From a virus: 64,000 bases of DNA. Below, piece after piece: positions 1 to 10,800 of the stretch; within the stretch, counting starts at the first letter, position 1, and each line of letters starts with the position of its first letter. The position numbers and the translations under genes are program-made. The notes beneath the pieces are model-generated. The model was not told where the DNA came from and ran no database searches. It saw nothing but the letters and a program-made list of their open reading frames with translations. The DNA lies in IMG/VR virus record IMGVR_UViG_3300020048_000026, positions 32,001 to 96,000 of that record. The stretch is one strand, 5' to 3'.

Positions 1-740
1 CAACCTTTGACAATTGGAATTTAGTTAGTAGATATCCTATATCATATTACAATCAAGTTATTTTAGAATCTGCACCCAACAATAATAATATCTATATTAA
101 TACTTGGGTTGGTCAACAAAATTGGATCACAAAAAGTGGAATGAATAGAAATAGAGATGATAGATATTGTTCCTTATATTCACATTATGAGTTATATGAA
201 GATATATTTAGTACATTAGGATTACCGATTGAACCTATTGAATATTATTTACCAGAAATTGATTTTGATTTTATAGAAAAAGAAAATATTGATAATTTTT
301 TCTCCAATAATAAATTTGATTTAAGTGTATTAATTGTAAATAATGATCCAGATACTATTAGGATTCAAATGGATATGGAAGGTATTGTAGATATGTTATC
401 AAATAAATATCCAAATATTTTATTTATTTTAACAAGAAAAGCAAATTTAAATAGGGAAAATATCGCTTATACTAATGATATAATAGGTTTAGCTTGTGAT
501 TTGAATGAAATTAGTTATTTATCAAAATTCTGTGATATTATAGTAGGACGACCATCTGGTCCTTATACGTTTAGTATAATAAAGGATAATTTTGTAAAAG
601 AGAAATGTTTAATTACAATTTCAAATAATAAATATGATCAGTTTTATTTTGAGTCTGATGCAGATATATTTTTATTAACTAATCATACTTCTAATGCTCT
701 AATAAATGTGTTAGAAAATAAAATAAATGAAAGATTATGA
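1..740 (+). CDS. Glycosyltransferase, GT9/GT-B-like (5'-truncated by window edge)
   Basis: Frame is open from position 3 to the listed ATG at 141; DLNEISYLSKFCDIIVGRPSGPY resembles the GT9 C-terminal motif. Confidence 0.5.
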   Translation, partial: TFDNWNLVSRYPISYYNQVILESAPNNNNIYINTWVGQQNWITKSGMNRNRDDRYCSLYSHYELYEDIFSTLGLPIEPIEYYLPEIDFDFIEKENIDNFFSNNKFDLSVLIVNNDPDTIRIQMDMEGIVDMLSNKYPNILFILTRKANLNRENIAYTNDIIGLACDLNEISYLSKFCDIIVGRPSGPYTFSIIKDNFVKEKCLITISNNKYDQFYFESDADIFLLTNHTSNALINVLENKINERL

Positions 741-1561
741 TAGAAAAAGTATTTTATGAAATAGAAGAAGATTTTTGGTGCGAAACTAGATATTTAAATA
801 CAGTTTATGATTTAATTAAGGATAGATTAGATGGTGATTATTCAATAGTTATAACTCCAAATTTGAGAAGTTTACCAGAAACAAAATATAAAAAAATAGT
901 TTTATTGACAGGTGATGAGTTAGGCTTTCTTGGTATGAATCCTTATAACCGTAATGATGTTGTAGCAGTATTTAGAATTTTTAATAGAATAGGAAGATTT
1001 GATAATAAATATATTTTTCCAATTCCAGTTGGATATAATTGGACAATGCATAGCGATAAAACTAAAAAAATGGTAAAAATGTATCCTGAAAAAAAATTAT
1101 CAGAAAGAAAATATGATATTTTTTATGCTGGACAACCTTTACCATGGAGAAATGAATTGGTTAGTAATTTGGTCAATTTGAAAGATAAGTTTAATGTATT
1201 TTTTAATCAATCACCTTCTTTTAGATCAGGTATAGATATTGATGAATATTATAAGCTATTAGGAGATACTAAGATTGCATTAGCACCAGATGGTACATCA
1301 GTTGATACTTTTAGATATGTTGAAGCGTTTGGTAGTGGGTGTATTGTTATATCAACACCTAAAGATGATTTATGGTATTATAGAAATTCTCCTGTTTTTG
1401 TGATTAATTCTTGGAGTGAGTTGAATGAAAATTTAATTCAAAATATATTATCAACAAATATTGATGATTTATACTATAAAAATTTACAATATTATGAGGA
1501 AAAATTATCAGAAGAAGCTGTAGCAAGTTATATAATAAATAGTATTCAAAATGGAAAATAA
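737..1561 (+). CDS. Exostosin/GT47-like glycosyltransferase
   Basis: RKYDIFYAG and KIALAPDGTSVDTFRYVEAFGSGCIV motifs. Confidence 0.6.
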   Translation: MIEKVFYEIEEDFWCETRYLNTVYDLIKDRLDGDYSIVITPNLRSLPETKYKKIVLLTGDELGFLGMNPYNRNDVVAVFRIFNRIGRFDNKYIFPIPVGYNWTMHSDKTKKMVKMYPEKKLSERKYDIFYAGQPLPWRNELVSNLVNLKDKFNVFFNQSPSFRSGIDIDEYYKLLGDTKIALAPDGTSVDTFRYVEAFGSGCIVISTPKDDLWYYRNSPVFVINSWSELNENLIQNILSTNIDDLYYKNLQYYEEKLSEEAVASYIINSIQNGK

Positions 1562-2012
1562 TATACTTTTCAATGTAGATGAATATTTTGAAAAAAATCA
1601 GAATCTTTCTGGTGGTAATACTATGTATTCTGTATCAAGAGAACTTGGTAGCAAGTTAACAAAAAAAATTGAAGAATTTAAAGAATTTAAAATAAATAAA
1701 ATCATAACTAATGGTAATATTGCAAGTGTTCTGATGGATTTAATAAGTTATACTTTTACACCTAATATTAGAAATATAACAAATGGACAAATATATCCTA
1801 TGGGAAAATTTCAAGATATTCCTGTGTTTGTTGATCCCTATATGAGATGGAGTGATAATTTTATTCATTTTGAGTATGAACCAGATATTAAACACTTTAG
1901 AAAAATTAAGATTCAGAGTCTTGAAAATACTCTACCAGAAGAGGATAAAAATATTAAATATGGAAGAATATATAGTGGAGTTATAATAGATACAAAAGGT
2001 ATATTACTTTAA
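1551..2012 (+). CDS. Hypothetical protein, possible fragment-like paralogue of major capsid protein C-terminal region
   Basis: IYPMGKFQDIPVFVDPYMRWSD resembles the G-x-x-x-x-x-x-VY(V/I)DP/QY segment of gp23-like capsid proteins; RKIKIQSL motif. Confidence 0.3.
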   Translation: MENNILFNVDEYFEKNQNLSGGNTMYSVSRELGSKLTKKIEEFKEFKINKIITNGNIASVLMDLISYTFTPNIRNITNGQIYPMGKFQDIPVFVDPYMRWSDNFIHFEYEPDIKHFRKIKIQSLENTLPEEDKNIKYGRIYSGVIIDTKGILL

Positions 2013-2335
2013 TCTTCTTCTTGAGGATTAACTTTTTTCTTTCTTATGTATTGTTTTCTTTTGTTCGGTACAACTTTTGTGTCTAATTTTACACCAGATT
2101 TAAGTTGATCTTCACGCTTCATTTTTTTGATAGTTTTATCAATTTCTAGTTTTTCTTTTCTACCTTCATTTATAAAAGTTTCAAAGTTAAAAATTCTTGA
2201 TTCTTTTTTATAGTAATCCCACATACCATAACATTTACCAACAGCTTGTTTCTGATCTGTACCTTCATGTCTAACAGCACTAATACATCTAGAAATGTAT
2301 TTGTTCTTTTTTTCTTTTTTCTTTGGCTTTGGCAT
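2009..2335 (-). CDS. Hypothetical basic phage protein
   Basis: 108-aa ORF; internal RIFNFETFINE motif. Confidence 0.6.
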   Translation of the reverse strand: MPKPKKKEKKNKYISRCISAVRHEGTDQKQAVGKCYGMWDYYKKESRIFNFETFINEGRKEKLEIDKTIKKMKREDQLKSGVKLDTKVVPNKRKQYIRKKKVNPQEED

Positions 2336-2469
2336 TACTTTAAAGATTGTATTTTTCTGCTATTTCTAATTCTTTTATTTTTGTTTTTATATCTTTAATT
2401 ATTCTTTTCATTACGCCTTCGTGTGTTTCATAAGTGTATATATTATTTTTTTAATTCAAATTTTAATTG

Positions 2470-2477
2470 TATATTTG
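2470..2477 (+). promoter_or_regulatory. Bacteroidota-type -7 promoter box TATATTTG
   Basis: Matches TAnnTTTG just upstream of MSLAKRALE (likely true start of the 2423-2656 ORF). Confidence 0.55.
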
Positions 2478-2689
2478 TATTAAATATAAATGATATGAGT
2501 CTGGCAAAAAGAGCATTAGAAATGAAGGATACGAATCCTTTAAAAAAACAAATCTTAGATTTTTTAAATGAAAAACCTAAGATTGAAAAAGTTGTTAAGA
2601 CTAGAGTTGTAAAACCAAAAAAAGGTTCTACTACTGGATTTATTTCATTTGGTTGAAATTCTAAAATTAGTTTCTATTTTTGACTTTTT

Positions 2690-3091
2690 TTATTTTATTG
2701 TACTAAGTTTAGATAATCCATAAAAAATATCTATTATTCTAACTTTTAATAATCCCATTGATTGTGTATTATATACAACTGAACTTGATGGTCGTTGTAA
2801 TAGACATGTTATCCATATTTCTTGACCTCTTTTTACTTGTTTGAGACTTAAATCGGTATTTAATACGGGACCTCCGGCAATTTCATCTAATTTTTTTATT
2901 TCTTCGGGATCTTCTATCATACCAGTTATTTGAACTATTTCCATAGGTCCCTCAATTTTCCTATATTCGCCATTATCTAATCTTGAAATGGCAATAATAT
3001 CATCAGAAAGAGGTTGAAATTCTTTATTTTTACTAAAGTCTTTCACCTTTTTATTTTTGAATTCATCAAATTTTTTAGTTATATCTGACAT
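2690..3091 (-). CDS. Hypothetical protein
   Basis: 133-aa ORF; N-terminal KKFDEF motif. Confidence 0.65.
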   Translation of the reverse strand: MSDITKKFDEFKNKKVKDFSKNKEFQPLSDDIIAISRLDNGEYRKIEGPMEIVQITGMIEDPEEIKKLDEIAGGPVLNTDLSLKQVKRGQEIWITCLLQRPSSSVVYNTQSMGLLKVRIIDIFYGLSKLSTIK

Positions 3092-3096
3092 AATTT

Positions 3097-3396
3097 TTAT
3101 TGAATTTCACTATTAGGATCTGAAGGTATTAATTGCTTAGGAATATCCATATCATTTTCCATATCATTTTCACCTAAATGTTCTATAATTTGGTCTAAAA
3201 GTTCAACAACATGACCCACGGAGCCAGCATATCCCCAATTTCTCAAATCACTTTGATATTTTTCTTTAAATATATTTAATCTTGATTTAACTATATCTAA
3301 TTTAGATTGTGCTTCAGCAAAACTATGATCAAATACCTGTTGTGCTTGTGTACTTTCTTTTAGTAAATCTTCTTTTAATGTTGTAAATTTTTTCAT
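3097..3396 (-). CDS. Hypothetical protein
   Basis: 99-aa ORF in operon-like run. Confidence 0.65.
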   Translation of the reverse strand: MKKFTTLKEDLLKESTQAQQVFDHSFAEAQSKLDIVKSRLNIFKEKYQSDLRNWGYAGSVGHVVELLDQIIEHLGENDMENDMDIPKQLIPSDPNSEIQ

Positions 3397-3411
3397 TTTG
3401 TTTTTATTTTT

Positions 3412-3903
3412 TTAAATGTTATAAAGTTCTGCACTTTTTTTTGTTAAATAAAATTCATATTCTTCTGGAAATTCTTTTTTAATAGTGTCAAATATCATTT
3501 CTCTATACTTACGTTTAGATGCTTTAGGATCATTTAGAATATCAAAAAAATCTTCATTTGAATCACTTTTTATACTTAAATCGGCACCAGATTTTATTAA
3601 TAACCTTATTATATCAATTTTAGGTTGATAAGCCGAAACTATTAGTGCTGTTTCACCTAAGTCATTTTTCCAATTTATATCTGCTCCTGCGTCAATTATT
3701 TCTTCACATATTTCTAAATTAGTATCAAAATCTTTTGCAAAATATACAGCATCAATTAGTGGTGAACTTAAAAATCTGGTATATTTAGTAATATCTGCTC
3801 CTAATTCTTTTAATTTTTTAAATTGAGTTAAGTCACCATTTGCTGCAAAGAAATGTAATTCACGATCAAAATTTGTAGATTCAAATTTTTTAATATATTT
3901 CAT
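3412..3903 (-). CDS. Ankyrin-repeat protein
   Basis: GADINWKNDLGETALIVSA and LIKSGADL ankyrin consensus; MKYIKKFE start, YNI end. Confidence 0.85.
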   Translation of the reverse strand: MKYIKKFESTNFDRELHFFAANGDLTQFKKLKELGADITKYTRFLSSPLIDAVYFAKDFDTNLEICEEIIDAGADINWKNDLGETALIVSAYQPKIDIIRLLIKSGADLSIKSDSNEDFFDILNDPKASKRKYREMIFDTIKKEFPEEYEFYLTKKSAELYNI

Positions 3904-4361
3904 TCTTCAAATTTTTTTATAAATAATGGATTTTCATCATCTGATGATAATTCCTCTATTGGTTCTACATCACCTCCAATTTTTTCAATGCTTGGATCAT
4001 CTACTTTAACAAATTTATAATCTTGTAATTCTTCAACAATTGCATCTTCTGAAATTTCAGTATCTGTAAATGAATTAACTATATTATGTATGTCATGTAA
4101 GGTTAAAACATAAACACCTTCTTCTGAATCCTCAATTTCTATGGTAGATTCATTTAGATAATCAGAATACTTTGTAATATTTTTTTCAAAAGATAAATCT
4201 TCAGGATTACTTGGTTCAAGTTCATTATCATAATATGTATCTAAGAATTCTTGTATTTCTTCTTTTACATAAATAGTTTCATTTAGAAAATCTTCTTGTG
4301 CTTCTAAGCTTCTTATCCATTTTTCTAAAAGAGATTTTGAAATATTTAAAGTTTCTTCCAT
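3900..4361 (-). CDS. Acidic hypothetical protein
   Basis: 153-aa ORF, overlapping stop/start with neighbour. Confidence 0.65.
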   Translation of the reverse strand: MEETLNISKSLLEKWIRSLEAQEDFLNETIYVKEEIQEFLDTYYDNELEPSNPEDLSFEKNITKYSDYLNESTIEIEDSEEGVYVLTLHDIHNIVNSFTDTEISEDAIVEELQDYKFVKVDDPSIEKIGGDVEPIEELSSDDENPLFIKKFEE

Positions 4362-4370
4362 TTTTTTGTT

Positions 4371-4850
4371 TTATTTTTCTCTTAATTTATAATCTTGAAC
4401 CAAGTATTCTTTATATTTATTTATTAATTTATCAATTAATATTTCATTTGTAAAGTTTTTATTATCAAGATCGTAAACTAAATCTTCATTTATTGTAATA
4501 TTAATATTATTTAAATTTTCATCTTGATAAATAGATAATTTTGCTTTAATCTTATCTCTATTTGAAAGATTTATAGTTAAATATGTATTATATATTAATT
4601 TAATATTTTTAAAATTCCGCTTATTAAAATATCCGCTTATTTCCATAATTCTTATGGAACTTGGACTATTTCTTCTTTTATAGGTTATTATTGATAATTC
4701 ATGTTTAATTTTTTCAATTAAATCTTTATTTTCATTCTCAACATTAACTGCTATGTCTGTTAAATCCATATTTATCTTCTCATGAAGTTTCTCAAATTTT
4801 GTAATCATTATTGTTTCCTCCTTTTTCATCATGTATATATAATTTTTCAA
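4371..4850 (-). CDS. Hypothetical protein (true start probably MITKFE near 4808)
   Basis: ORF; MITKFE matches the shared N-terminal motif. Confidence 0.6.
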   Translation of the reverse strand: MKNYIYMMKKEETIMITKFEKLHEKINMDLTDIAVNVENENKDLIEKIKHELSIITYKRRNSPSSIRIMEISGYFNKRNFKNIKLIYNTYLTINLSNRDKIKAKLSIYQDENLNNINITINEDLVYDLDNKNFTNEILIDKLINKYKEYLVQDYKLREK

Positions 4851-4890
4851 AGTATAAAAATTATATATACATAAAAATTATTACTTTAAA

Positions 4891-7173
4891 ATGGCAATTA
4901 TTCGTATAAGAGATTTAGAAACAGAAGCAACTTTAACAGGTGAAAATTATATACCAATAGATAGAGATGATTATTACACTAACGCTAAAAAACTTTCTTT
5001 ATCAAATTTCAATAATTATATTACTGGTATTACATATAGTTTCTCATCAGGATTAACTTCAGGAACAGATGGTACATCAGGTAGTTCAGGTAGTTCAGGA
5101 ACTAATGGAACCTCTGGTAGTTCAGGTAGTTCAGGTCAAGATGGTACTAATTTTGGAACTTCAGGCTCATCAGGCTCATCAGGCTTTGGTATTAATGGAA
5201 CCTCTGGTAGTTCAGGTAGTTCAGGTATTAGTGTTGCTGGTACTGATGGAACTTCTGGCTCATCAGGTAGTTCAGGAATAGGTGTTGCTGGTACCTCAGG
5301 CTCATCTGGAACCAATGGAACCTCTGGTAGTTCAGGTATTAGTATTGCTGGAACCTCTGGTAGTTCAGGTATTAGTGTTTCTGGTACTGATGGAACTTCA
5401 GGTACAAATGGCACTTCGGGAGTTGGAACTAATGGAACCGATGGAACCTCTGGTAGTTCAGGTACGTCAGGTGTTGGTGGTAGTGGTACTGATGGAACCT
5501 CTGGTAGTTCAGGCTCATCAGGTATTGGTGGTGGTACAGATGGAACCTCAGGAACCAATGGAACCTCAGGAACCAATGGAACCTCAGGTAGTTCAGGTAT
5601 TAATGGAACCTCAGGAAGTTCAGGAATTAATGGAACCTCTGGTAGTTCAGGAATTAATGGAACCTCAGGTAGTTCAGGAACTAACGGAACCTCAGGAAGT
5701 TCAGGAACCAGCGGTGGAGGTCTTCAAGAATTTCCTTTCTATGTTGTAGTATCTGGTGAAACATATTTATCTACACCTCAACCAATAAATTCTGGTGGTA
5801 CGATTGTTTTTAATCAGTTAAGTGGTATTTATATAAGTACTGGTTTAACATCACAAGGATTCTTAGAATTAAATTTATCAGCATCACAAGGTTTAGATGA
5901 ATGGGTTGTTGTAAATGTTCCTGAGTTAGATGCTGCTTGGGCAGAATCTATGGCAAGTACAAGATATGGTAGAATTTGGTGTGTTGGTACAGGATTTACT
6001 TGGACACAAAATACTGATTATATAATAATGCCTTCTGGTAATACAGGTGCACATAAAATTGAAATCGTTGGCTTACCTGAGGCAACATTTAATGTTGATA
6101 CATTTACTGTTAGATTTGGTGATGGGTTTTTAAGTAATATTATTTGGCGAACAAATACCACTAATTATATAACTTCATATAATGGTAGATTAAAATTAGT
6201 AAATAATTATTTTATTGATGATATATCAGGTACAACAAGTGGTACACAAAGGATTCATATAAATATAGATGGTTATGTAAGAGATAATACAGGGTTAATT
6301 GATATAGATGGAATTATGCATTATACTCAAAATTATACTTGGAATAACACAGAGATTATACAACCAATTAGAATTCATAATACAGAGAATAGTCCAGTAG
6401 CATTTGATAATTTATATGTAAATATAAGAGGTGTTGATACTGTTAGTTCATTTGAAAGATTTAACAGAGTTAGATTAAGCGCTTCTGTAGGTACAGATTT
6501 TAAGGTTTCAGGAGATGAGACATGGTTTTTTTCTCCTCAACAAGAATTGCCAGGTACTGGTAATATTGATGCTACTTCAGAAATTTTAAAAACATCATCA
6601 ATTGATAGAGTTCGTGGTGAAAGAATTCCAACAGGTACTACATCTTTAACAAAATATGTTATGTTAGATACTGATAATTATTTAAAAATAGTTACTTTAA
6701 CTGGTGGTACAGGTGGAGGTACATCAGGAACTAACGGTACATCAGGTAGTTCAGGATCATCAGGAATCAATGGCACCTCAGGCTCATCAGGTATTAATGG
6801 TACCTCAGGTTCATCAGGAACCAATGGTACCTCAGGTTCAAGTGGCATCTCACCATCAATATTTACTTGGTCGCTTGATACGCCAGAAGTTGATGGAATA
6901 CCAGGACCTAGATTATATCATAATATGAGAGTTCAAAGGGTTGATTCTTATTGTGTATCATTATCTTCTGTTACATTTACTGTTTCATATAAGAGTACAC
7001 CAACAGGTTCAACAACATATATTTATTCTGGTGTTACAAATACAACACAAGGAGATTCATCAGGTGCGATATCTGAAAGTGTATCGGCAGATAATTGGTT
7101 ATGGTTAGATATTAATAGTATTCAAGGTGCGCCTGATAAATTGGTCGTCTCACTTGCTTTAATATATACGTAA
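4891..7173 (+). CDS. Tail-fibre-like protein 1 with Gly-X-X (GTS/GSS/GTN) repeats
   Basis: 760 aa; two low-complexity Gly-every-third-residue tracts; N-terminus shared with 7886-11161. Confidence 0.65.
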   Translation: MAIIRIRDLETEATLTGENYIPIDRDDYYTNAKKLSLSNFNNYITGITYSFSSGLTSGTDGTSGSSGSSGTNGTSGSSGSSGQDGTNFGTSGSSGSSGFGINGTSGSSGSSGISVAGTDGTSGSSGSSGIGVAGTSGSSGTNGTSGSSGISIAGTSGSSGISVSGTDGTSGTNGTSGVGTNGTDGTSGSSGTSGVGGSGTDGTSGSSGSSGIGGGTDGTSGTNGTSGTNGTSGSSGINGTSGSSGINGTSGSSGINGTSGSSGTNGTSGSSGTSGGGLQEFPFYVVVSGETYLSTPQPINSGGTIVFNQLSGIYISTGLTSQGFLELNLSASQGLDEWVVVNVPELDAAWAESMASTRYGRIWCVGTGFTWTQNTDYIIMPSGNTGAHKIEIVGLPEATFNVDTFTVRFGDGFLSNIIWRTNTTNYITSYNGRLKLVNNYFIDDISGTTSGTQRIHINIDGYVRDNTGLIDIDGIMHYTQNYTWNNTEIIQPIRIHNTENSPVAFDNLYVNIRGVDTVSSFERFNRVRLSASVGTDFKVSGDETWFFSPQQELPGTGNIDATSEILKTSSIDRVRGERIPTGTTSLTKYVMLDTDNYLKIVTLTGGTGGGTSGTNGTSGSSGSSGINGTSGSSGINGTSGSSGTNGTSGSSGISPSIFTWSLDTPEVDGIPGPRLYHNMRVQRVDSYCVSLSSVTFTVSYKSTPTGSTTYIYSGVTNTTQGDSSGAISESVSADNWLWLDINSIQGAPDKLVVSLALIYT

Positions 7174-7187
7174 AAATAAATTATAAA

Positions 7188-7868
7188 ATGGATATTGCAT
7201 ATTTAGGATCAACCAATGTGGTTTCAGGTTCCTCATCATTAGAGATTGTAACGTTAAATCAAACATTAACAAAACAACATACGATTTTGGCTTTTGTAAA
7301 TTGTCGTTCAAATACAAAAATTACTCCAGTTGCACCTAATGGATGGACTCAAATTGCCAACGTTGATGGTGTAAGTGGTAAAACATTTGTATATTTAACA
7401 CAACCAACTGGAACAACAGTTGATCCAACATATACAATATCCGGGTTATCTCCCACTTTAAATTGTGCATTTGCATTATTTTTTAGTGGTTGTTCATATC
7501 ATTCTTCTAATGTTATTAATGCGATTGTACAAAAACACAATACTCTTGGTACTGGTGTTAGTGGATTTACCACGACCACAAAAAATACAATGATAGTAGA
7601 ATTTGTTGGTACTGTAACAAATACCCAAATAAGTGCTTATGCAAGTACACCTTCTTTGACTTGGACTGAAAGAAGAGATTCTGGTTTTTTCCATTCTACC
7701 AATATTCAATTACGTATTGCAGCAGCAACTTCGTCGTTGGCACCAACAGATAATTATACTTTTTTTGATTATAGTTTCTTAGGTGATACAGGAACTGAAA
7801 GTGAGGTAATAGTTGTTGCGTTAACACCAAGAAAAGGTAATGTTCCTATGTCTATGAGCAGTTTGTAA
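7188..7868 (+). CDS. Beta-rich fibre-associated protein
   Basis: Thr/Ser-rich 226 aa between the two fibre genes; APNGWTQI motif common in phage fibre-tip domains. Confidence 0.45.
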   Translation: MDIAYLGSTNVVSGSSSLEIVTLNQTLTKQHTILAFVNCRSNTKITPVAPNGWTQIANVDGVSGKTFVYLTQPTGTTVDPTYTISGLSPTLNCAFALFFSGCSYHSSNVINAIVQKHNTLGTGVSGFTTTTKNTMIVEFVGTVTNTQISAYASTPSLTWTERRDSGFFHSTNIQLRIAAATSSLAPTDNYTFFDYSFLGDTGTESEVIVVALTPRKGNVPMSMSSL

Positions 7869-7885
7869 AAATATATAGAAAATGA

Positions 7886-10800
7886 ATGGCAATTATTCGT
7901 ATAAGAGATTTAGAAACAGAGGAAAATTTAATAGGAGAGAATTACATACCTATTGATAGAGACGATTATTATTCAAATGCTAAAAAACTTTCATTATCAA
8001 ACTTCAATAATTATATTACTGGAATTACCTATAGTTTCTCATCAGGATTAACCTCAGGAACAGATGGAACTTCAGGTAGTTCAGGTAGTTCAGGAATCAA
8101 TGGAACCTCAGGTTCGTCTGGTAGTTCAGGTCAAGACGGAACCAATTTTGGAACATCAGGTTCATCAGGCTCATCAGGCATTGGCGTTAATGGAACCTCA
8201 GGTAGTTCAGGTAGTTCAGGTATTGATGGTACAAACTTTGGAACATCAGGCTCATCTGGTAGTTCAGGAATAGGAATATCAGGAACAGATGGATCTTCAG
8301 GATCATCAGGAAGTTCAGGTCAAGACGGAACTAATTTTGGAACATCTGGATCTTCAGGTAGTTCAGGTACTTCTGGTGGTGGAAGTGGAACCGCAGGATC
8401 ATCTGGAACAGATGGAAGTTCAGGGACAGATGGAACCAATGGAACTTCAGGTAGTTCAGGAACTAATGGAACCAATGGAACCTCAGGTAGTTCAGGAACA
8501 GATGGAATCAACGGAACTTCAGGTAGTTCAGGTCAAGATGGAACATCAGGCTCATCAGGAACCAATGGTAGTTCAGGTAGTTCAGGATCGGATGGAACCT
8601 CAGGTAGTTCAGGAACTAATGGAACCAATGGAACCTCAGGTAGTTCAGGAATTTTACCACCATTAGGTACTAGTGGTGAATTGGTTTATACTGATCCATT
8701 GGCAACTTATGGATATAATGTAAATTTAGGATTAATTTTTTCTGGAAACACTTTATCTTTATCAGGTATAGGATTTAAATATGCTAATGGTTCTGAAGGT
8801 GTTGAAAAAATTCTTACAAGTGATGTTTTTGGTAATGCTGAATGGATAAGTGTTGTAACTGGAATAACAGATGTAATTGATAGAACATTTGATTTGAAAA
8901 TTTCAAATCAAGTATTATCTGTAGTACCGTATGCGACTAAAAAATCTTCTGATCCAGGATTTGCATATTTTTATTTAACAGGAAATACGAGTGGTCAAAC
9001 TCCAACATTTTATAATCCTTTGACTTTAGATGGCTATTTAAATTCTACAGGACAAAATATCTATACTATTGAAAATACTTCAGTTTTGGGTCCTGAATTG
9101 AATGTGAATCCTGATGGATGGACCGTAACAGGTGATGCTGTTAGTGTTGGAAGTGGAAAATACACTTTTAATACAAGTGGCGTAGCAGGTTCAATAAGTT
9201 ATAATTTTGGAACATTTTCATTATCTGATGTTTATATTTTTATTTTTTATTTTTCAAATGCTGTTGGTGGCGGTTTTCCTGGAATTACATTTGCTGGTGC
9301 TACTAAAACCTATATGGGTGGTTCTTATTCAGGATCTCAATTTAATCATTATGAAATTAATCCTTTAAATGTATCTGGTGTTTGTACATTAACAGTTGAT
9401 GCTGGTGCATATTCAAATTATTATATTAATCAAATAACAGTTAAAAAAGTATTGGCTCCTTCAAATAAATATATTACTCATTACACAACTGGTACAACTT
9501 CTAATGAATTTAGATCATCATATTCAAATGAAAATATTTCTGTTGGATTGGATTCTGGTAAATATCTTGTACCAACAAACACCAATATACCTACTGGAAC
9601 AGGTAATTTATCATTTGGAAAACAATCAATCTATAAGGCTACTGTGGCTACTGATAACCTAGCATTTGGAAATTATTCACAATGGGATTTGAGAGAGGGT
9701 GAGGATAATATAAGTATTGGAAATTATTCTTTATATTCCAATAAATTAGGTATAAGAAATATTGCAATTGGATCAAGGGCTCTTTTTACAACAACATCTA
9801 ATTATAATATAGCCATAGGGTATAGAGTTATGTCATTAGCCACTTCGGCATCTAGCAATGTTGGTATTGGAGTTGGTGTAATGCAATCTCTAACTACTGG
9901 CACATATAATACAGCAGTAGGGGCAAATAGTTCATTGGCTGTAACAAGCGCAAGTTATAATACTTCTTTGGGGACTGGATCTTTGCAAAATAATAGCACT
10001 GGTTCACATAACACTGGCGTGGGATCTTATTCTTTTACTTCGGTTTCATCTGGGACTTTAAATGTGGGGTTGGGGTATTATGCTGGATATGGAATATCTA
10101 CGGGCAGTTATAACGTACATTTAGGCCCTTACGCTGGCGGTGGATCAACTGATTATTCAAAAGAAGTATCGCAATATGCTTATAATTCGGCTGATAATAA
10201 TAATGTTTTCATTGGAAATTTAGCATCAAAATCAACATATACGGCAGCAGCGACATCTAATAGTGTAGCAATTGGGATAGATGCAAAAATATATCAAGAT
10301 AATCAAGTTACATTGGGTGGTAATAATGTATCATCAACATTTTTAAAAGGATCTGTTGAACTTCGAGATTTCACAATACTTGCTAACGAAACATTGAGTG
10401 ATATAAATCCTATTGATAATTCAAAATGGACAACAACAGGTGATATGTCGGTTTTACCCGGAAGCGGATTAACATATACTTATAATACAGGTTCTGGAAT
10501 ATTTTCCCAAACATTTGGTAATCAATTAAATCCTTTGAAGGGAAACAGGTGGTATAAAGTTATTCTTACTACAGCGGGCACACTGGCAATTCCTGGTCCT
10601 TATTATTCAACTTTTACTATATCAATTACAGGAAACACATTTGCCCCAACAACATTAAATTTTTATCCTTATACAAACACATCTCAATTTTTATATTTAA
10701 AAACTGTTACTAACCCAACTGATATAACATTTAATATAACTTGTGCACTAGGAACAGGTAATGGGATAGTTAGAATTTCAAATATAAGTATCAAAGAATG

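Noticed and set aside
5069-8666. Alternative-frame ORFs rich in VQVVQ/MEPQ or VPEVP
   Set aside because: Shadow frames of the Gly-X-X repeat DNA in the fibre genes
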